Origin: Eubacteriales bacterium
GTDB lineage: Bacteria > Bacillota > Clostridia > Oscillospirales > CAG-272
Length of the DNA stretch: 64,000 nt
Reading direction: 5' to 3'
Assembly (NCBI GenBank): GCA_045653805.1
Contig: JAZOMF010000084.1
Coordinates: 1,691 to 65,690 of the forward strand
The stretch's first letter is position 1. Every line of letters starts with the position of its first letter. The position numbers and the translations under genes were made by a program. This document shows positions 55,904 through 64,000 of this stretch, piece by piece. The notes below the pieces were generated by a model. It did no database searches, was not told the DNA's origin, and saw only the letters and a program-made list of their open reading frames with translations.

Positions 55904-56911
55904 ATGAAAAAAAGTTACATTCCCGAAGGATATACGCCGTCGCTTGACGCATACGACACCCAGCGCGCCATCTCCTTCATCAAAAACACATTTCAGGAGG
56001 AATTTTCCTCTCTTCTCAACTTAAAGCGAGTTTCTGCCCCACTCTTTGTAACCGAAGCTTCGGGTCTTAATGATAACCTCAGCGGTGTGGAGCGCCCCGT
56101 TTCCTTCGACGTGCCCGCTATCGGTGCAGACGCACAGGTAGTCCATTCCCTTGCAAAATGGAAGAGACTTGCCCTTAAGCGCTACGGCTTCTCGGTTGGC
56201 AACGGACTTTACACCGACATGAATGCTATCCGCCGCGATGAGGTGCTTGATAACGTTCACTCTATCTACGTTGACCAGTGGGACTGGGAAAAGATAATCA
56301 CCAAGGATAACAGAAATCTCGAATTTCTCCAGCTTATAGTCCGCGCAATCGTAAAGGCTATCTGCAACACCAGCGACCGCCTCCACGTGCGCTACCCCCA
56401 GCTTCGCACCGTTCTCTCGCCCGAGGTGTCCTTTATCACCTCCCAAGAGCTTGAGGATATGTATCCCGACCTTTCGGGAAGCGAGCGCGAGCATGCATAT
56501 CTGCGCGAGCACAATACCGCATTTATTATGCAGATAGGTGGCAAGCTGAAAAGCGGCAAGCCCCACGATGGGCGCGCCCCCGACTACGACGACTGGCAGC
56601 TCAACGGCGACCTTTTCTTCTGGGACGGGGTGCTTGAACGCCCCCTTGAAATTTCCTCAATGGGTATCCGCGTTGACCGCGAGTCTCTTGACCGTCAGTT
56701 GACTCTGGCAAACTGCGATGACCGCAGAGAGCTGCCCTTCCACAAGATGCTCTTAAATGATGAGCTTCCCCTCACCATTGGCGGCGGTATCGGTCAGTCG
56801 AGACTCTGTATGCTCATGATGGGTTGTGCTCATATCGGCGAGGTTCAGTCCAGCATTTGGGATGAGGAGACCGTGCGCGTTTGCGAGGAGCATAAAGTTC
56901 CCCTGCTTTAA
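55904..56911 (+). CDS. asnA: Aspartate--ammonia ligase
   Basis: [30 protein letters not shown]..., a class-II aaRS-like AsnA sequence throughout. GGAG RBS at ATG 55904. Confidence 0.92.
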   Translation: MKKSYIPEGYTPSLDAYDTQRAISFIKNTFQEEFSSLLNLKRVSAPLFVTEASGLNDNLSGVERPVSFDVPAIGADAQVVHSLAKWKRLALKRYGFSVGNGLYTDMNAIRRDEVLDNVHSIYVDQWDWEKIITKDNRNLEFLQLIVRAIVKAICNTSDRLHVRYPQLRTVLSPEVSFITSQELEDMYPDLSGSEREHAYLREHNTAFIMQIGGKLKSGKPHDGRAPDYDDWQLNGDLFFWDGVLERPLEISSMGIRVDRESLDRQLTLANCDDRRELPFHKMLLNDELPLTIGGGIGQSRLCMLMMGCAHIGEVQSSIWDEETVRVCEEHKVPLL

Positions 56912-57035
56912 TTTCATAAAAACAAAAGGAGAAAGCCTTCTCTCTGCATTCTTAGCGGAGAAATAGGCAGGCACAAAAAATCGGCGGAAGTTGTTTTCTC
57001 TGCCGATTTGTGCTATAATGGGGTGGGTGATACAA

Positions 57036-57533
57036 ATGGATAAAGAAAAAGAATTGCCGCAAAGAAAAAGATTGCGATTGCAAAATTTTGATTATAGCTC
57101 ATCCGGGGCTTGTTTTATAACAATATGTACAAAAGATCGAAAAATGTTATTTGCACCCGTAGGGGCGGATTCCATATCCGCCCGAAAGGTTGAAAGGACC
57201 TTCCTCGAAACTATACGGCAATATGACGGCGTTGATTCTCCAATATATGTTGTTATGCCAAATCATTTTCATGCGATAATTACGGTATCGCGGGCGGATA
57301 TGGAATCCGCCCCTACGGTCTCGGAAATTGTCCAATCCTTCAAGCGATATTCAACTATAGAATATGTTAAAATGGTAAAGGACGGAATATTACCGCCCTT
57401 TGATAAACAAATATGGCAAAGATCGTTTTATGATCACGTTATACGCAATCGGGACGACTACAACGAAATATATAAATATATTTATGAGAACCCTATGAAA
57501 TGGCAATTTGATCAATTATACACAGAAGAATAG
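57036..57533 (+). CDS. REP-associated tyrosine transposase-like protein (RAYT / IS200-IS605 Y1 HUH superfamily)
   Basis: 165 aa with the HUH motif VVMPNHFHAII and the C-terminal Tyr region WQRSFYDHVIRNRDDYNEIYKYIYENPMKW. No flanking IS ends were seen. Confidence 0.8.
   Translation: MDKEKELPQRKRLRLQNFDYSSSGACFITICTKDRKMLFAPVGADSISARKVERTFLETIRQYDGVDSPIYVVMPNHFHAIITVSRADMESAPTVSEIVQSFKRYSTIEYVKMVKDGILPPFDKQIWQRSFYDHVIRNRDDYNEIYKYIYENPMKWQFDQLYTEE
57159..57183 (+). repeat. REP-like hairpin inside the RAYT ORF, left arm of a perfect 25-nt inverted repeat
   Basis: GTAGGGGCGGATTCCATATCCGCCC, with an 8-bp stem GGGCGGAT/ATCCGCCC and a 5-nt loop. It encodes VGADSISA(R). Confidence 0.9.
57292..57316 (-). 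repeat. Right arm of the 25-nt inverted repeat inside the RAYT ORF
   Basis: GGGCGGATATGGAATCCGCCCCTAC is the exact reverse complement of 57159-57183. It encodes (R)ADMESAPT. Confidence 0.9.
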
Positions 57534-57616
57534 GGGTAAGGGCTTTGCCCTGTGCCCGCGTTGCAAACAACGCCGTAATACAAAGGCGAAACTGGCGATA
57601 AAACAGGAGGTAACTA

Positions 57617-58081
57617 ATGAAACATGTTTTACCCGAAGAGCAGTTGATTGAATATGCGAAGTCATATTTGAAGGCAAAAGGATTTAAGAAGAAGAATAAG
57701 CGATGGACGAAAGATACGGGTGAATTTACCCTCTGCTTTTATATTCAAGGTAGCTCATATTCAAAAGAAGATTATTATATCCGCCCGGGAATTTTCATCA
57801 ACGCTCTAATGCCCTGCGACGACTTTTATGGTCATTTTATGCTTGAAATTGAGCCTTCAACGCCTGAAGAAGTGGTAAGCAAATTTGACGATTGGTGTGA
57901 AGAATGGACAAACAAATCTTTAATCAAAGAACGATTGCTTGCGTTTATGGAATGGGATAAACGAAATCCTTTAGAAAAGCGGAGAGCTGGTTTGGTTGAT
58001 TACGATGCAGATCCTGTTCCTGCACGCGAGTTTTTTGCAACTACATTGGTTTTGAAGCAGTTTATCTTAGATAACTTTTAA
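57617..58081 (+). CDS. Hypothetical protein, DUF4304-like
   Basis: 154 aa. KAKGFKKKNKRWTKDTGEFTLCFYIQGSSYS...IRPGIFINAL fits my recollection of DUF4304. AGGAGG RBS. Confidence 0.5.
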   Translation: MKHVLPEEQLIEYAKSYLKAKGFKKKNKRWTKDTGEFTLCFYIQGSSYSKEDYYIRPGIFINALMPCDDFYGHFMLEIEPSTPEEVVSKFDDWCEEWTNKSLIKERLLAFMEWDKRNPLEKRRAGLVDYDADPVPAREFFATTLVLKQFILDNF

Positions 58082-58089
58082 TATAATTT

Positions 58090-58136
58090 AGCCCCAACAG
58101 ACTTTGAGATAATATCTGTTGGGGCTTTATTTATTT
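58090..58136 (+). terminator. Rho-independent terminator
   Basis: AGCCCCAACAGA (58090-58101) pairs TCTGTTGGGGCT (58115-58126), followed by TTATTTATTT. Confidence 0.65.
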
Positions 58137-58238
58137 ACTGCGAAGCAAATCTGTGCCATATGGAAAAATGATTTTTGATTTCTCCGCTAATTGTGCACAT
58201 CCTTTGCTCTCTCCTTTTTTATTCATTTTTTCAATTAT

Positions 58239-58958
58239 CTAAATGGAGGACATGACCTCAAAGGAAGCCTCTGCCGCGCTCTTTGAAATATCACATTCAA
58301 GCAGATAGAAGGGCACGTTCTTGGTTGCTTTATCCATAAGCTCCAATGTTTTCAAAAACATCTCACTATTTTCGGGGAGATACGCTTGAAGCACCAATTC
58401 CTCAAGATATTCCGCAGGAGATATCTTTTTTATTGAGCTTACCTTAGCGCGCTTTAGAAGGAATATTCCCGACAAGGGCACTTCCTCCTTGGTCTGCCAT
58501 CCCTCTTTTCCCGCCCAAGGGCATGGGCAGATGATTGAGCCTTCGTCAGTAACCTGTAAAATAGGCTTGTCGCCGTTTATTATAGTAACATTATCGCCAA
58601 AATATTTCTTAAGCAGCATTACATGGGTAGATTTTCCTGTACCCGAAGGTGCTGAAAAGACAAACCCCTTGCCGTCAACTTTGACAGCCACCCCATGAAA
58701 CACGAATCTGTCAAATTTGGGAAGACGCTCTGCCAGCTGCCTATAAAGATATATTTTCTCGTAATATGAACGTGTACCACCCCCTCCGTGTCGGGCAATT
58801 TCTCCATCAACGTCCTCGTCCGAGGCGCTGACAAAAATGTCCACGTTCTCTTCGTCCGTAAAATATTCCTTACAAAAATTATGTGTTTCCTCATGGTTTC
58901 CTGCAAGCCTCACTACAAGAGAGGAAACTTTTATCTTAAAATCTATTGCTTTATCCAT
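58239..58958 (-). CDS. HprK-related P-loop protein (putative kinase)
   Basis: FHGVAVKVDGKGFVFSAPSGTGKSTHV resembles the HPr-kinase-type P-loop context. Start taken at ATG 58958 (MDKAIDF); the RBS is weak. Confidence 0.55.
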   Translation of the reverse strand: MDKAIDFKIKVSSLVVRLAGNHEETHNFCKEYFTDEENVDIFVSASDEDVDGEIARHGGGGTRSYYEKIYLYRQLAERLPKFDRFVFHGVAVKVDGKGFVFSAPSGTGKSTHVMLLKKYFGDNVTIINGDKPILQVTDEGSIICPCPWAGKEGWQTKEEVPLSGIFLLKRAKVSSIKKISPAEYLEELVLQAYLPENSEMFLKTLELMDKATKNVPFYLLECDISKSAAEASFEVMSSI

Positions 58959-59120
58959 AATACTTAAAAAGCCTTCTGTATTAATCAAAGAGCCGCCGAA
59001 AACTTGGCGGCTCTTTATTGTTGTTCGTATGTGTCAAAGATTGGGCAAGAAACACTGCCGTTGATAAATAAACAGCCAATGCCACCATTATTGATATATG
59101 ATTACCAAACCCAAAAATTA

Positions 59121-59402
59121 TTATTCGGGCACTCTAACTCCGCTAACCTCTTCCTCGCCAAAATCAGCACCGTCACGAACAGACTCTGTGGTTGTAGATT
59201 CAGAGCTGTCATTTCCCTGATTGCCACCAAGGTTTCCGGCACCGCCTCCGTTTTCATTGCCTTGAACCTGCTCTGTGACTACCTCATCTTCAAAGTAATC
59301 AACCAAAGCAACTACGCCGGCAACAACAGCCACCGATGCTGTTGTAACTACCACTGCAATTATTATAACTGTGGTAATAATCAATCCTATGTTCTTTTTC
59401 AT
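59121..59402 (-). CDS. Small N-terminally anchored protein with a Gly/acidic tail
   Basis: MKKNIGLIITTVIIIAVVVTTASVAVVAGVVAL is the TM segment, followed by a low-complexity acidic tail. GGAGGG RBS at ATG 59402. Confidence 0.5.
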   Translation of the reverse strand: MKKNIGLIITTVIIIAVVVTTASVAVVAGVVALVDYFEDEVVTEQVQGNENGGGAGNLGGNQGNDSSESTTTESVRDGADFGEEEVSGVRVPE

Positions 59403-59567
59403 ATTTCCCTCCAAAATTTTAATGATATTAATCCAATAGTAATTATATCATATAACCATCTCGTTTGTCAAGTGTTATTTTTATGAACATATTTCAATCC
59501 TATTGTGACTAAACGTCACTTTTTCGTCAATAATCAAAAATAATTCAAAGCGAAAAGAGGTAAGACC

Positions 59568-60245
59568 ATGCCCGAAAAGAACCGCCGAGCTGTCACACGA
59601 AACGATTTACCAGACGACTATAAAACCAAGCCGACTCTGGACCTCACAAGAACTATTGCCAAAGATATTTTCAAAGAAAAAACCACGCCTTGGGATGCCA
59701 TACACTCGATCTCCGGCTTTGTGAATCGAAACGGCATGAAACTTTCATATGACGAATACGACGAAATAGCCGAAAACGTTTGGGTGCATATTTCGGCGTA
59801 TCTTTCTCCCAGCGCCAAGGTGGAATCCCCCACAATAATCTGCGGTGGTGCCAGAATTTGCCATCACGCCCACGTTAGCAGCTCGGTCATCGGTGCATTT
59901 GCCATAGTAGGCGATCATTCAACCGTCAAAAACAGCATAATGTTTGATCGCTCCAAGCTGATGGGACACAACGCCTTGATCTCATCGATCCTCGGATACG
60001 AATCGGTACTGGGGAACGGAAGCATGGTTGCAGACGCCCGTCTTGACGGAATGAACGTCACTATAAATATGCCTGAAGGACTTTATATCACGGGGCGCGG
60101 TCGCTTGGGTGCCGTAATATGTGACGACGTCAAGATCGGATCGACTTGCGTCATAAATCCCGGTACAGTGATCGACGGCGGCACAACAGTCTATCCTCTG
60201 ACCTCGGTTTCGGGCTATATTCATCCCTACTCAACGGTAAAATAA
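59568..60245 (+). CDS. Left-handed beta-helix (hexapeptide-repeat) family protein
   Basis: Repeated [LIV]-G-x4 pattern from ICGGARICHHAHVSSSVIGAFAIVGDHSTVKNSIMF onward. AAGAGG RBS. Confidence 0.65.
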   Translation: MPEKNRRAVTRNDLPDDYKTKPTLDLTRTIAKDIFKEKTTPWDAIHSISGFVNRNGMKLSYDEYDEIAENVWVHISAYLSPSAKVESPTIICGGARICHHAHVSSSVIGAFAIVGDHSTVKNSIMFDRSKLMGHNALISSILGYESVLGNGSMVADARLDGMNVTINMPEGLYITGRGRLGAVICDDVKIGSTCVINPGTVIDGGTTVYPLTSVSGYIHPYSTVK

Positions 60246-60257
60246 TGAAATTAACAC

Positions 60258-60296
60258 AAAAAGGGCTGCAACACTAAATGTGTGACAGCCCTTTTT
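60258..60296. terminator. Bidirectional terminator
   Basis: AAAAAGGGCTG (60258-60268) pairs CAGCCCTTTTT (60286-60296). Confidence 0.65.
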
Positions 60297-60298
60297 GT

Positions 60299-61726
60299 TT
60301 ATTGATTTCTCAGCCCCTTGGGATAGTGGTTCTTGCACACTCCCAAGCTTACCTTGCCTCCGCCCAGCGCGCAACCGTCTACCAAGACCGCTGCCCAGCC
60401 TTCAGCCTTTCCTTCGGCTCTCAACTTGTCTCCGACAGCGATCTCCATGCCCTTCAAATACGCCTCGGTCTCGCCGTCGCTTGAAGCAAGCTCAACTCTG
60501 CGCAAAAACTCGGTTCCAAACGCCGAGAAAAGCTGATGATGGGGCAAAAATCTCTTGCCGTTCATCTCGCCAACACACACTCCCGAAGCAAATACTCCAT
60601 AGGGCGGCAGTGCCACATCTCGTCCAAGATAAGCCTTACCGTTCAAGGCGTGGAGCTTATATTCAACGCCGTTTTCAAAGCCTTTTTTGAGGTTTTCCAC
60701 CAAAAACTCTCTTGCCGCTGTCAAAAGCTCGATCTCCTCGCGAGATTGTCTTTGCGGTGCGGGCTTTTTCTTTTTATCCTTGCGGCTTGCCCTCTCTTCA
60801 ACTTCAAAAGCCGCCTCTCCGCCACGCGCAAACACCGCAATAAACTGCCCCTCTCCCTTTGCCTTGTGGGGGTAGAATCGGCGGGTCTTGGTCATATCGT
60901 ACTTGCATCCCTCGAAGCAGATACCGTCAGAGGTCACCTTTTTCAGCCCTTGCTCAACATCGCAAAGCTCAAAATCGGGATGAGTGTCGAGAAACCACTT
61001 AACGTTCATCTCGTTTTCTTCCAGTGAGAAGGTGCAAGTGGAATATATAAGCTTTCCGCCGGGCGCTACGCATTTCGCCACATTAGTCAAAATCTCCTGC
61101 TGGCGTTCAGCGCACATTTCCACGTTTGCAAGACTCCACTCATCCATCGCAAGGCTGTTTTTTCTAAACATTCCCTCGCCCGAGCAGGGCGCATCGCAAA
61201 GCACTACGTCAAAATTCCCCGGATAAGTTTCTGCAATTACCGCGGTGTCGAGATTTACTACAACCGTATTGCGGCAACCCATTCTCTCAACGTTGCCAAG
61301 CAATATTCTGCATCGCTTCGCTTCGTATTCGTTTGCCACCAATATTCCGCTCTCCCCCGTCATTGAAGCAAGCTGGGTTGTCTTTCCACCTGGTGCAGAG
61401 CAAGAATCAAGCACCGCCGCTCCCTTCTCGATCTTCACCGCGTGAACGGTTGCCATAGCGGAAGGGTCTTGCATATAGATCATGCCTGCATGATGGCATG
61501 GCAGACGTCCGGGAAACTCCTCTTCGGTATAATAAGAACCCTCGGGGAAGCTTGCCTTTTTGCGGTCAATCTTGGGAGACAGAGCTTCAAAATCGGCGCA
61601 GGATATTTTATTTTCGTTAATTCTAAACGACCTGACGGCGTGACCGCTTTCAAGCTCTTCAAAAAAGGCTTGGGCTTCGTCACCCAAAAGGGTTGTCATT
61701 CTCTTTTTAAATTCAACGGGAAGCAT
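60299..61726 (-). CDS. rsmF: RsmB/RsmF-family rRNA m5C methyltransferase
   Basis: CSAPGGKTTQLA (SAM binding) and DAPCSGEGMFRK motifs, plus a C-terminal PUA-like extension typical of RsmF/YebU. Confidence 0.85.
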   Translation of the reverse strand: MLPVEFKKRMTTLLGDEAQAFFEELESGHAVRSFRINENKISCADFEALSPKIDRKKASFPEGSYYTEEEFPGRLPCHHAGMIYMQDPSAMATVHAVKIEKGAAVLDSCSAPGGKTTQLASMTGESGILVANEYEAKRCRILLGNVERMGCRNTVVVNLDTAVIAETYPGNFDVVLCDAPCSGEGMFRKNSLAMDEWSLANVEMCAERQQEILTNVAKCVAPGGKLIYSTCTFSLEENEMNVKWFLDTHPDFELCDVEQGLKKVTSDGICFEGCKYDMTKTRRFYPHKAKGEGQFIAVFARGGEAAFEVEERASRKDKKKKPAPQRQSREEIELLTAAREFLVENLKKGFENGVEYKLHALNGKAYLGRDVALPPYGVFASGVCVGEMNGKRFLPHHQLFSAFGTEFLRRVELASSDGETEAYLKGMEIAVGDKLRAEGKAEGWAAVLVDGCALGGGKVSLGVCKNHYPKGLRNQ

Positions 61727-62400
61727 CAGTTATCCTCAATTTCAATCAATTTAAATAAGTGAGCTTTAAGATCATTGGCGTCAGCAGCAAAATATTTTGC
61801 ACCGGCATCTTCAAGCACGTCTATGTCTCTAAATCCCCAAGTTACCGCAACGCAAGGAATGCCTGCATTTGTCGCGGTTTCTACATCTACCTCGGAATCT
61901 CCCACATGAACTGCAACGCCGCAATCCAGCGTCTTCATCGCCAAAAGTATAGGATCTGCGGCAGGCTTTCTTTCAACATCCTCTCGGTCGCCGATTGCAA
62001 AATCGATCAAATCGCCAAAGTACTCTCGGCAAAGCTCTTTTGTTGCAAAATCGGGCTTGTTGGAAACCACCGCCGTGCATACTCCTCTTCTTTTAAGCTC
62101 GGTTAAAAGTGCAACCACGCCGTCGTAAGGCTTGGTCTCGATCTTCGAATGAGCGTTGTAATATTTTTTATATCTTTCAAGATATTCGTCAAGCACCTTG
62201 TCTTCAACCGCGTGGGGCAGAGCAAGTCGAACAAGCTCTCTGGCACCGTTGCCAAGATAGCTTCTAACCTCCAAGGCGCTTCGTATAGGATAGCCCAATT
62301 CTCCGAGAATATGATTTACAGCCCCCGTAAGATCTCCCAAGGTATCTAAAAGAGTTCCGTCAAGATCAAAAAGGACTAATTTCTTTATGCTTTCGCTCAT
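61726..62400 (-). CDS. HAD-superfamily phosphatase (phosphoglycolate phosphatase-like)
   Basis: LVLFDLDGTLLDT, VVSNKP and VGDSEVD motifs. ATG 62400 has GGAGAG upstream, and the stop overlaps the rsmF start (TGATG). Confidence 0.85.
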   Translation of the reverse strand: MSESIKKLVLFDLDGTLLDTLGDLTGAVNHILGELGYPIRSALEVRSYLGNGARELVRLALPHAVEDKVLDEYLERYKKYYNAHSKIETKPYDGVVALLTELKRRGVCTAVVSNKPDFATKELCREYFGDLIDFAIGDREDVERKPAADPILLAMKTLDCGVAVHVGDSEVDVETATNAGIPCVAVTWGFRDIDVLEDAGAKYFAADANDLKAHLFKLIEIEDN

Positions 62401-62532
62401 TTGTCTCTCCGTTTCAAAATTCATAAAAATCACAAATACACATTAATTTTATACTAAAACTCGGTCTTTGTCAATCGGTTAAAAGAAAAATTTCGCTTTT
62501 GTTCCCGCCTCCCGATCACCGAACCAAAAAAC

Positions 62533-62558
62533 AAAAAAGCCGCATCGGCGGCTTTTTT
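62533..62558. terminator. Bidirectional terminator
   Basis: AAAAAAGCCGC-ATCG-GCGGCTTTTTT. The T-run overlaps the NUDIX stop codon. Confidence 0.7.
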
Positions 62559-62988
62559 ATTTGTTATTTCTTTCGGTTATGTACTGGATTGCAAGAGCTA
62601 AAACTCTCTTGTCATTATCGTGGGTCAAAAGGCTCTCCGCCTCCTCGGCAGGTATCCAGGCAACCTCCGCTATCTCACCCGGACGGGGCTTGATCTCGGT
62701 CTGTCTGGTAAAGGCGAGAAAATAGACGACTTCCTTTTTAACCCCGGCTTTAGGTCTATAATAAACCGGCTGGCGAAATTTCTCATTGATGTGTATTCTC
62801 ACCGAAGTTTCCTCAAAGACCTCGCGCTCTGCGGTCTTGATCTCGGTCTCGCCTGCCTCTACGTGACCCTTCGGGAATGAATAATGTCCTTGTGATGAAT
62901 GTTTTATCATAAGTACATAGCGTTGCAAGGAGCCGTCTCGTCTTTCATTGCGAAAAACAACTGCTCCGCAGGATTTTTCAAAAGTCAT
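62557..62988 (-). CDS. NUDIX hydrolase
   Basis: Nudix box GHVEAGETEIKTAEREVFEETSV. GGAGGTGA RBS. Confidence 0.88.
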   Translation of the reverse strand: MTFEKSCGAVVFRNERRDGSLQRYVLMIKHSSQGHYSFPKGHVEAGETEIKTAEREVFEETSVRIHINEKFRQPVYYRPKAGVKKEVVYFLAFTRQTEIKPRPGEIAEVAWIPAEEAESLLTHDNDKRVLALAIQYITERNNK

Positions 62989-63140
62989 CTTCTCACCTCC
63001 TCAATAAAAACTCACCAAACCTTGAAAAATACAAATGCAGGGCGTTTAATGCTAATCCCATCGTGGATCTTGAGGCGCCCTGCATCAAAAAAATTGCTAT
63101 TTAAGCGGGGATTTTTTGCCTTTCGGCAAAACTTTGTCGA

Positions 63141-64000
63141 TTACTGGGGCTTGATCTCTTCCATAACGAAGGCTTCGAGAATATCGCCTTCCTTGATGTC
63201 GTTGAACTTTTCAAGTCCGACACCACACTCGTAGCCCTGAGCCACTTCCTTGGCGTCATCCTTGAATCTCTTAAGAGAACCTATCTTATCCTCGAAGATA
63301 ACCACACCGTCACGGACCACACGGATCTGTGCGTGACGAGCGATCTTACCGTCGAGAATATAAGAACCTGCGATAGTACCAACGCCGGGAACGTGAATGG
63401 TCTGACGAACCTCTGCATGACCAAGCAGATTTTCTCTGAACTTGGGAGCAAGCATACCCTTCATCGCCGCCTCGATCTCCTCAAGGCACTGGTAGATGAT
63501 ACGGTAGGTTCTTACGTCAACGCCTTGTCTCTCGGCAGAGTCGATTGCCGCCTTATCGGGACGAACATTAAATCCGACGATAATCGCATTGGATGCTGCC
63601 GCAAACATAACGTCGTTCTCGGTGATACCACCAACGGCACTGTGGATAACGTTAACTCTTACCTCTTCGTTGGTAAGCTTAAGGAGAGAAGCCTTAACTG
63701 CCTCTGCAGAACCTACAACGTCCGCCTTAACGATGATGTTAAGGTCCTTAACGCCCTCGCTGATCTGTGCAAACAAGTCGTTCAGATTAGCTCTTGCATT
63801 TGCCTTAAATACCTCTTCCTTCGCCTTATCCTTTCTCTGATCAGCAAGCTCTCTTGCCATTCTCTCGTCCTCAACAGCCGCAAACTCATCACCTGCGGTG
63901 GGAACCTCGGAAAGACCGATGATCTCTACGGGAACAGAGGGACCTGCGCTCTTCATAGGCTTACCGTTGTGGTCGGTCATAGCTCTAACACGGCCAACGG
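63141..64000 (-). CDS. infB: Translation initiation factor IF-2, C-terminal part (5' end outside the window)
   Basis: [29 protein letters not shown] and [14 protein letters not shown] match IF-2 domains C1/C2. The reading frame runs off the window edge. Confidence 0.93.
   Translation of the reverse strand, partial: VGRVRAMTDHNGKPMKSAGPSVPVEIIGLSEVPTAGDEFAAVEDERMARELADQRKDKAKEEVFKANARANLNDLFAQISEGVKDLNIIVKADVVGSAEAVKASLLKLTNEEVRVNVIHSAVGGITENDVMFAAASNAIIVGFNVRPDKAAIDSAERQGVDVRTYRIIYQCLEEIEAAMKGMLAPKFRENLLGHAEVRQTIHVPGVGTIAGSYILDGKIARHAQIRVVRDGVVIFEDKIGSLKRFKDDAKEVAQGYECGVGLEKFNDIKEGDILEAFVMEEIKPQ

Noticed and set aside
56979-57010. Terminator after asnA (AATCGGCGG..CTGCCGATT, 9-bp stem)
   Set aside because: The stem is real but the loop is 12 nt and the 3' tail (TTG TGC) is not U-rich. 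It also overlaps a TATAAT box (57014-57019) that may serve the RAYT gene. Too ambiguous to list as a feature.

Overview
This 64-kb chromosomal segment reads like a strictly anaerobic, spore-forming Clostridia-class Firmicute. Supporting signs are an alpha/beta-type SASP gene, Rnf + NfnAB + a bifurcating-type [FeFe]-hydrogenase, T-box and ZTP leaders, AGGAGG-type RBSs and near-consensus TTGACA-17-TATAAT promoters. Finer taxonomy cannot be set from sequence alone. Coding density is high and about 57 protein genes or gene remnants can be supported.

Left third (45-13353, minus strand): a nine-gene purine/one-carbon operon, purE-purF-purM-purN-(PurO-type IMP cyclohydrolase)-purH(AICARFT only)-purD-purL-fhs. 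It is headed by one promoter and a ZTP riboswitch, and every long intergenic gap holds a palindromic repeat.

Middle: a capsule-type regulatory module (CpsC/CpsD/LCP/CpsB-like), RNase HI, an E2-like acyltransferase, an M29 aminopeptidase, a GT2 + large GT-C-like membrane pair and a SASP gene. A redox block follows (27.1-44.6 kb): two-repeat lipoprotein-ApbE-rnfCDGEA, a LysR regulator, nfnAB, hydCBA and a second divergent [FeFe]-hydrogenase-like gene. There is no rnfB; a NusG-II-domain gene and a Gx-type membrane gene sit in its place.

Right third: a Trp T-box-controlled orphan trpB, a patch of gene remnants, class-3 FBPase and a GT8/acyltransferase operon. Then come a pepF-PqqD-like-S24-like-membrane-XRE operon, asnA, and a RAYT-like HUH transposase gene with a perfect internal inverted repeat. 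An HprK-like P-loop gene, rsmF, a HAD phosphatase, a NUDIX hydrolase and the 3' part of infB complete the window.

No rRNA, tRNA, CRISPR array, prophage or classical defence system was seen.

Best leads:
- the pepF/PqqD/S24/XRE-TM operon;
- the rnfB-less Rnf locus with its flavinylation-related neighbours;
- the REP/RAYT pair with REP-like hairpins inside the transposase ORF;
- a BY-kinase module whose tyrosine cluster sits on the modulator;
- a structured two-hairpin repeat family showing compensatory changes.

All functional calls rest on motif and family recognition by eye. No search or folding program was run, and RNA-element boundaries are approximate.
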